From NCBI GenBank assembly GCA_000388065.2, contig KB932210.1: 8,017 nucleotides of DNA. One strand, given 5' to 3'. Position 1 is the stretch's first letter, and each line of letters opens with the position of its first letter. This DNA is from Fonticula alba ATCC 38817. Taxonomy: Eukaryota > Protista > Nucleariida. Below are positions 1 to 6,539 of this stretch, one piece after another. Under the pieces are notes generated by a model. It saw nothing but the letters and a program-made list of their open reading frames with translations, was not told where the DNA came from and did no database searches. The position numbers and the translations under genes were made by a program.

Positions 1-432
1 CTGGGCACCTCGCGGAACCTGAGCGCCGACCGGTCGTCGGTCCTCATCAGCACCATGCCCGAGCTGAATGCCATGACCGTGCGGTACGCGGCGCCGGAGG
101 TGATCGGCGCCTTCCAGCGGGGCGTGGCCCTGGACCGGGCGGCCTTCCTGCCGGCGGACATCTTCAGCGCGGCGGTCATGCTGCTGGAGTGCCTCACGCG
201 CGCGGTCCCCTGGCCGGACCTGGACATGCAGGGCATCCTGGCCGCCGTGCAGTCGGGCTCCCGTCCAGACAGCGGAGCCCTCCCCACGAGCGGTGCCTTT
301 TCCAATGCCGGTGATTTGGTGGCCGCCGCCTGGCAGGCTGACGCTGGCCGGCGGCCGCTTGCCGCGTCCTTCCGCCAGCAGTGCGCCATGCTCTTTGTGG
401 CGGCTGGCGGTCTCCTTTCGCCATCGCCCTGA
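1..432 (+). CDS. 3' end (C-lobe) of a TKL-like Ser/Thr protein kinase, 5'-partial
   Basis: Frame +1 is open from base 1: LGTSRNLSADRSSVLISTMPELNAMTVRYAAPE (activation segment after the presumed DFG/DLG Asp, then subdomain VIII APE), ADIFSAAVMLLECLTRAVPW (subdomain IX, cf. DVYSFG..LWE..T...PW), AAWQADAGRRP (subdomain XI Arg). Stop TGA at 430-432. TxxYxAPE rather than PxxWxAPE argues Ser/Thr/TKL-type, not classical tyrosine kinase. The track's Met at 55 is internal. Confidence 0.92.
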   Translation: MGTSRNLSADRSSVLISTMPELNAMTVRYAAPEVIGAFQRGVALDRAAFLPADIFSAAVMLLECLTRAVPWPDLDMQGILAAVQSGSRPDSGALPTSGAFSNAGDLVAAAWQADAGRRPLAASFRQQCAMLFVAAGGLLSPSP

Positions 433-453
433 GGTTGCCCAGCTCGCCTCTCC

Positions 454-459
454 AATAAA
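454..459 (+). promoter_or_regulatory. Putative polyadenylation signal AATAAA of the upstream kinase gene
   Basis: Canonical AATAAA starting 22 nt after the stop codon, in very GC-rich sequence where the hexamer is rare; a GT-rich stretch follows near 494-500. Confidence 0.6.
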
Positions 460-551
460 CCCCTTCCCCACCCTCGCTTTGCAGAATGCACAATGTGTGC
501 GCGCTCGCACACGGGATGCATCATGTCCTGCCGGCCGCCAGCCACACACGC

Positions 552-569
552 GCGACATGCGCATGTCGC
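552..569. repeat. Perfect 18-bp palindrome GCGACATGCGCATGTCGC
   Basis: The sequence equals its own reverse complement; flanking ACACAC (544-549) and GTGTGT (575-580) could extend the stem across an internal loop. Confidence 0.85.
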
Positions 570-850
570 CGGGGGTGTGTCAGGCTCCCCCAGCGGCGGA
601 GGGTCGCCCTGCGGGCCGTTCTGGAGCTCCATCTCTCGAGCACATGATCCTGCCGCATGACCGTCTCGGATTAGGGTTTCTCCCGGGGCCAGGCAGGGTG
701 CGTTCTGGAATCGCTGTGCAGGGAGCCCGCCGCCGCCATGGAGCAACTCCCGCGCTCCGCCATTTTGTCGGGTGTTTCTTCTCCTCATGTCGGCTGGCGT
801 CAGGTGCATGGAACGAGAGTGCCTGGGACCATGGGGGGTGGGTGGCATAG

Positions 851-868
851 GTACGCGCGCGCGCGTGC
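851..868. repeat. Alternating purine-pyrimidine tract with (CG)6 core
   Basis: GTACGCGCGCGCGCGTGC; includes the 14-bp palindrome ACGCGCGCGCGCGT at 853-866. Confidence 0.8.
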
Positions 869-1164
869 CGGCTAGGCACCGGGACCCGCCCGCGGAGGGG
901 CGTTGCCTGGCGCCCGGCCGAGCACGAGCACCGTGTGCCGCCGTGGGCCATCCCCCCCCCGGGCCACATGCCACAGGCCGGCCTGCTGGTGGTGCCCCTG
1001 CTGCTGGCGGACCCGAGCTCGAGGTGTCTCGTCATGGGCGGGCCTCTCGCCGGGGGGGTGCCAGGAGCCCAGCAGGCTGGAGCTGAGCCCCAGCCGCGGG
1101 CGCTGCCTGTGGGCTCCGGGGCCGCGGGCTCCGGCGGGGGGCCCGGCTCTTCGTGTGTCACTCC

Positions 1165-1272
<108 letters not shown>

Positions 1273-1505
1273 GGGGACCTGCCACTCGCCAGGCCCCCGG
1301 TGGGGCTTGGCCATGCTGGCCGCGTGCCCGTGCCGGGCGCCGGTGCTCCCCGGTCGCCACCGGCCTACCGAGCCGGGATCGTCCGGCGGGGACCGGGCGC
1401 CGGCGCCGGCACTCCCGGGCGGACGCGGGCCCCGGTCTCGCACGGGGCAGGACCGCGGCCTGGCCTGGCCGGCAGCCCGGATGGCGTGGTCTTGTGGCAG
1501 GGCCC

Positions 1506-1533
1506 GCGGTGCGGTGCGGTGCGGTGCGGTGCG
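1506..1533. repeat. Pentanucleotide microsatellite (GCGGT)5
   Basis: Five perfect GCGGT units at 1506-1530 plus a partial sixth. Confidence 0.95.
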
Positions 1534-2094
1534 CTGGGGCAATGGCCGCGCCGGGCATGGGCCGACGCATGCCCTCGGCAGGCCGAGGCCATCCTTCGGG
1601 TGTGGGGCCTTCGGCGCGGGGCGCGCCCGGGCCACGCAAAGTACGCAGCCCCCTTCGGTCGGCCCGCCAGAGGGCGTGGCGTCGGGCCCCGCGCGGGCCT
1701 CAGGCGTCGCACCGCCGAGCGGCCCCCGCGCCCGCCGGTGGATGCGGCCCCCCTTGGCCGGTCCGCGGTGTGCGGTCCGGCGCTTGCCCACATGCCTCCT
1801 CGAGCCGGGGGGCACCGCCACGCCTGCCCCCACCGAGCGGCTGGTCCTGGCCGGTGTCCTTGCCGAGGGCACCGCCGGCCTGTGGCCGAGGCCCGAGCGG
1901 GAATTGGCGCCCGGGCCGGGGCCGCCTTTCGACGCGGGCGCCCCCCGGCGGCGACCGACTTTTCCCCTGGCCCAGCCCACTGGGCGGCATGCTGCCCGGG
2001 GTGGGTCTTTGCGTCCGGAGGCGCCGGCCGACCCGGGGTCTCGCCATCCCCCCTGCCGACCGGGCACCTCCGCCGTTTGTCGCCGAGGGGCCTG

Positions 2095-2118
2095 CCCCCC
2101 CGGGGGGGGGGGGGGGGG
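2095..2118. repeat. Homopolymer pair C7-G17
   Basis: C run at 2095-2101 abuts a G run at 2102-2118; immediately followed by CCATGG (ATG 2121). Confidence 0.93.
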
Positions 2119-2573
2119 CCATGGGCTTCGGCCCGGCTCCGGGCCCGATCGCCGCCCCCAGGCAGACCCCCGCAAGGGGGGCAGGCGCCCCCGGCAGTGC
2201 GCCCGCCTTATTGCCGGCCGCCGGGGGCCCCCTCGCGCCTGCCTGGTACCGGCCGGCGCGCGGCGCGGACGCCCTGGTGCTGCCAACGAATGTGCCCCTG
2301 CCGGCCCCAGCCCCCGGCCCGGGCACAACGCCGGGCGGGCTCCCGCAGGGGGACCACGGCCCGTGCGCCCGCGGCCCGAGGCCACCCGCCGGCGGGCTCG
2401 GGACCCCACAGTCAAAGGGGCCGCCATTGCCCCGGCATTCGCCGCCCCCCTGGCACCATGGTTCCGGCAGCCCCTCGCCACCCACCCGCCCACCCCTCGT
2501 TCTCACACGCACACGCGCACTGCACCCGGAGGCCCCCTCCACGCGCCTCGCCCGCACCCGGCCGCGCGCACCG

Positions 2574-2639
2574 ATGCCCGTGCTGGCGGCGCTGCTGGTG
2601 GCCCTGCTGGCCCTGCTGCCCTGGCCGGGGGCCGGCGCC
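2574..2639 (+). other. Predicted signal peptide (22 aa)
   Basis: Hydrophobic core VLAALLVALLALL, helix-breaking PWPG, and an A-x-A cleavage motif (AGA|S). Confidence 0.8.
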
Positions 2640-3906
2640 AGCCCGGCCTTCGGGCCGAATGTATACCTCCACGCGGCGGCGCACCCGCTGCACCTGAGCC
2701 CCAACTCGCGGACCGTCAGCCACACCGCCCCCGGGGAGCCGTCGCAGGTGAGCGTCCGCTCGGCGGCGACGCTCATCACGCACCTGCGCCAGGTGGACCC
2801 GCTGCACCCGGTGGCCGAGGTCCGGTGGGGGTCCTTCCTGCAGGACATCGGCCTCCGGTACCACAGCAGCCCGCGGCGCGGCAACCCCGACACCCTGCCG
2901 ATCATGTACCTGCCGCAGGAGGGCCCCGGCCTGAAGCCGGTCCTGGTCGAGTACAGCCCCCTGTGGGTGGCCCTCTTCGACCAGAGCACCGAGCACCCCT
3001 TCCCCCAGGCGGACTCCCGGCTGCTGGCCGGGATCGCGGTGGCCGCCAGCCAGGCCCTCCTGCTCGGGGTGGCCGGCCCGTCGGCCGGGCCGCACGATGT
3101 CTTCCTGGCCAGGCTGTCGGCCGGCGGGCTGGAGGTGCTGCCGGTGCACTTGATCGAGCCGCTGCTCGGGTCGGTGGTGCTGGCGGCCCCGGGGCCCGGG
3201 CCGACCTTCTTCCTGGCCTCCGGCACGTGTGTCATGCTCCTGCGGCACGACATGCCGGAGGCCGTGGCCATCAGCCAAATGCACATGTCGGGCCTGGTGT
3301 CCCAGATGCTGGCCTCGCGGATTGTCTCCTCGGCCGATGACTGCCCGGCATCCAGCGACCTGGTCCTGATGGAGGATGAGGCCCGGCTGGTGCTGCTGAC
3401 CTGCTTCCTGACCGACAAGCAGCGGATCCTGCAGCTGGGCCTGCCGCCGGGCGCGTCGGGCCAGGGCCGGCTGCTCGGGCCCCCGGCCCGGGCCATGCAC
3501 GACGCCTTCCCCCGGATCTTCTATGTCGATGCCCCCTCGGCCCCGGGGCCCGGCGCATCGGGCACCCTCTGGCAGGGGGACATCGATGCCCTGGTGGGGG
3601 TCACCTGGCGCCGGGTGGTGCCGCCGCGCAGCGTGCCGGACTTCGAGCGGCTGGACCTGCTCCGCCTCCGGACGTCGGGCACCGGCCCCGGCCGGTGGAC
3701 CCTGGCGGCGGCAAATGTGGCGCTCTTCGACTCGCAGGCCTTCGGCTGCCATGCCGACCCGAGCATCGTGTGCGATGGGGATGGTATGGACAGCGGGCAG
3801 CCACGCGGCTGGGCCTGCGCCCCGGGCCAGGCCGAGTCGCCTTTCGTCTCGCCGGACCAGCTGTGTGCCGGCTGCCGCGAGGGGTTCTACCTGGATCGAC
3901 CGGTCG
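2574..3906 (+). CDS. Exon 1 of a large FU-repeat receptor kinase: signal peptide, Cys-poor module A, start of first furin-like cluster
   Basis: ATG 2574 opens MPVLAALLVALLALLPWPGAGA-SPAF, a typical cleavable signal peptide. Strong G/C-ending codon bias in frame +3 from here on. Cys-rich sequence starts at 3747 (CHADPSIVC...LCAGCREGFYL). Ends at a GTGCGT donor at 3907. The start codon choice is inferred; in-frame upstream ATGs exist (e.g. 2121). Confidence 0.85.
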
Positions 3907-3954
3907 GTGCGTCGGGCGCGCCCGCCCTCCTCTTGCCCCTGGCCCCGGCCTGCG

Positions 3955-3990
3955 GGATTCCCCGCCGGATTTCCCGCCAGATTCCCTGAC
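3955..3990. repeat. Three degenerate 12-bp tandem units (GGATTCCCCGCC-like), intronic
   Basis: GGATTCCCCGCC / GGATTTCCCGCC / AGATTCCCTGAC. Confidence 0.75.
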
Positions 3991-4000
3991 GGCTCTCCCT

Positions 4001-4180
4001 CCGCTCTGCCCCGCTCTGTCCCGCTCTGTCCCGCCCTGCCCCGCCCTGTCCCGCTCCGTCCCATCACGTCCCGCTCGGTTCCGCTCTATCCCGCTCTATC
4101 CCGCTCTGTCCCGCCATGTCCCGCCATGTCCCGCCATGTCCCGCCATGTCCCGCCATGTCCCGACCTGCCCCGCCCCGCC
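4001..4180. repeat. Intronic minisatellite, 18 x 10-bp units (consensus CCGCYMTGTC)
   Basis: All units are in exact 10-nt register: CCGCTCTGTC-type variants first, five identical CCGCCATGTC at 4111-4160, degenerate units at the ends. Confidence 0.95.
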
Positions 4181-4190
4181 GGACACCCAG

Positions 4191-6322
4191 GCGAGCCGCC
4201 CTTCGCCGACAGCCGCCACACGTGCCGGCCATGCCGGCAGGCCGACTGCCGGGTATGCAATGCACAGCACTGCCTCATGTGCGCCGAGGGCCTGCTCCTG
4301 GAGCCCAGCGGCCCCGATGGCCAAACCGCATGCGTGGCCTCCTGCTCGAGTGGCTTCACCCAGGGCACCAATGCCTGCCACCCGGTGGATGACATCCTGC
4401 CGCCGGTGTTCCTCTCGCAGCCGGCGGCGGAGCAGCTGCCCGGCCTGCCGGCCGGGGCCCAGGTCACCGGGATCGGGGAAACCCGGCTGACCCTGGACCC
4501 GGGCTCCCAGCTGCCCCGGCTGACGTCCCCCCCGGCCAGGCTGCCCCCCCTCGGCCAGGGGGTCCTGCTGTTTACCAGCACCCACGAAAGCCTGCTGCTG
4601 CCGGGCCAGCACATCGGCAACCCGTACAAGCCGGCCCTGCGGCCGATGCACCTCCTCCGGGACCCGCTCCCGCACGCGGTCACCGCCATGATCGAGGTGG
4701 GCCCCTTCTGGCATGAGGGCATGCTGCTCGCGGGCCAGGTCCTGTGCAACGCGGGCGGCACCATCAGCGAGGTGTGGCTCGAGTGCACCCCCCCGGCCGG
4801 GGAGCCGCTCTCCTGCCTTGTGCCCGGGCCGGCATCGGCGAAGGCCCTCAACACCGACCGGTGTCGGGACCTCCGCCGGCTGGACGCCCAGCATGTGGCC
4901 ATCAGCCTCGACGGGGCATCGGTGATGCTGCTCCGCGCGGCGCCGGAGCTCCGACGCTTTGAGGTCACCTGGCACAGCGCCAATGCCATGGTCCTGCTGC
5001 CGGGCATGGCGGCCGGCCGGTCGAGCATCCCCGGCCCGGCCGGCGACTGGATGATCCTGGCCCTGGGCCAGGACCGGACCTCGGCCATCCTCCGCGCCAT
5101 GGACCACACCGACTCGCGCGTGGACATGTACTCCGGCCGGCTGCTGGCCAATTACCGGTGGAATACCGAGGTCTTCCCGGTGCTGCTGCCCTGCGGCGGG
5201 GCCCGGGCCCCGGAGCTCTTCCTGGCCCAGACCCTGGACTACCATTGGCATGTCCTCCACCTGCCGGGGGACATGCTGCCATCCGGCCGGTCGGCCAACC
5301 TGCTGGCCACCCGGCTGGACCTCGGCCGGATCCCCTACGACCTGGGGCCCGGCCTGGCGGAGGCCCGGTTCCAGGCCCTGCCCCTGGAGGCCACCGGCCC
5401 GGAGTACCCGAGCGCCCTGCTGATGATGACGGGCCATGTGCTCGGGGTGTCGCTGCTCCGGTGCACCGGCGGCCCGGCCGGCCCGTGCACCCTGCTGCCG
5501 GCCATCTTCCGTCTGCTGCCGGAGCACCTGCGCCTGGCGCCCGGCGACCAGCTCTGGCAGCAGGCCGTGGCCCGGGCCTCCGGCCGGGACTCGCTGCACG
5601 ACGACCCGGGCACCGCCATGGCCATGGTCTTCCTGTCGCCGACGGCGGGCCTGGTGGAGTTTTCCCTGGCCGGCAACTGCCTCCACGGCACGTATGGCCT
5701 GGAGTGCCGGGCCTGCGACCCGGTGTGCCTCGGCTGCTATGACTCCGGCCCGCACAGCTGCACCATGTGCCGGGCGCGCATGCCCGAGGCGCCGGACGTC
5801 TGCCTGTCGGCCTGCCCGGCGGGCCTGCACCGCGACTCCAGCAGCATGTGCGGCTGCCACTCCAGCTGCCAAGCGTGCGGCTTCCAGCCCGAGCACGGGG
5901 CCTACCTGTGCTCCCGCTGCCGGGCCGGCTTCGCCCGGGACCCGGGCCAGCCGGCCTCCGACCGGTGCCACCCCTGCCACGAGTCCTGTGCCGCATGCGT
6001 GGTCCCCGGGGACATGGGGGCCTGCACCAGCTGCCCGGCCGGGCGGTGGCTTTTTTACGGGACCTGCGGCCTGGCCTGCCCGGAAGGCACCTGGCCGGAT
6101 CCCGCCTCGCGGCAGTGTGTCCCCTGCCCGGCCAATTGCCAGGCGTGCAGCCAGGACAACTCGTGTGCCGCCTGTCGGCAGGGCTTCTTCCGGCACTCCG
6201 ATGCGGGCCTGTGCCAGGCGTGCCATCCATCGTGCGCCGCCTGCGACAATGCCACCAGCTGCGCCGCCTGCCGGCCGGGGCTGGTCTTCCTGGCCACCGA
6301 TGCCGGGCAGGCCTCCCTGTGC
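4191..6322 (+). CDS. Exon 2 (up to the gap) of the receptor kinase: end of FU cluster 1, Cys-poor module B (4379-5677), about 5 furin-like repeats
   Basis: Frame +2 is open with strong GC3 bias. Repeats follow the C-x3-C-P-x-G-[YFW]...C-x2-C-x3-C-x2-C...C-x2-C pattern, e.g. CGLACPEGTWPDPASRQCVPCPANCQACSQDNSCAAC. Confidence 0.9.
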
Positions 6323-6537
6323 NNNNNNNNNNNNNNNNNNNNNNNNNNNNNNNNNNNNNNNNNNNNNNNNNNNNNNNNNNNNNNNNNNNNNNNNNNNNNN
6401 NNNNNNNNNNNNNNNNNNNNNNNNNNNNNNNNNNNNNNNNNNNNNNNNNNNNNNNNNNNNNNNNNNNNNNNNNNNNNNNNNNNNNNNNNNNNNNNNNNNN
6501 NNNNNNNNNNNNNNNNNNNNNNNNNNNNNNNNNNNNN
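6323..6537. other. Assembly gap (215 N) inside the FU-repeat coding region
   Basis: Run of N; coding frame is +2 before it and +3 after it. Confidence 1.
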
Positions 6538-6539
6538 TG

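Larger units (their letters stand above)
3907..4190 (+). other. Spliceosomal intron, 284 nt, phase 1
   Basis: Donor G|GTGCGT at 3907, acceptor ACCCAG| at 4190, possible branch CCGAC at 4161-4165. Splicing joins frame +3 to frame +2 to give ...GFYLDRPV-G-EPPFADSRHTCRPC, completing an FU repeat, and removes the in-frame TGA at 3987 and the pyrimidine-rich tandem repeats. Confidence 0.88.

Noticed and set aside
671-679. TTAGGGTTT telomere/telo-box motif
   Set aside because: A single copy with no tandem array, and the neighbouring genes are not the translation-related genes usually associated with telo-boxes; chance cannot be excluded.
4001-4180. CRISPR-like array
   Set aside because: The units are contiguous 10-mers with no unique spacers, in a eukaryotic intron with no cas genes nearby.
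3695-4190. 5' part of ORF 3695-6988 (SRSVPPCPAMSRHVPP repeats) as protein
   Set aside because: It is a translation of the intronic minisatellite and of an off-frame part of exon 1.
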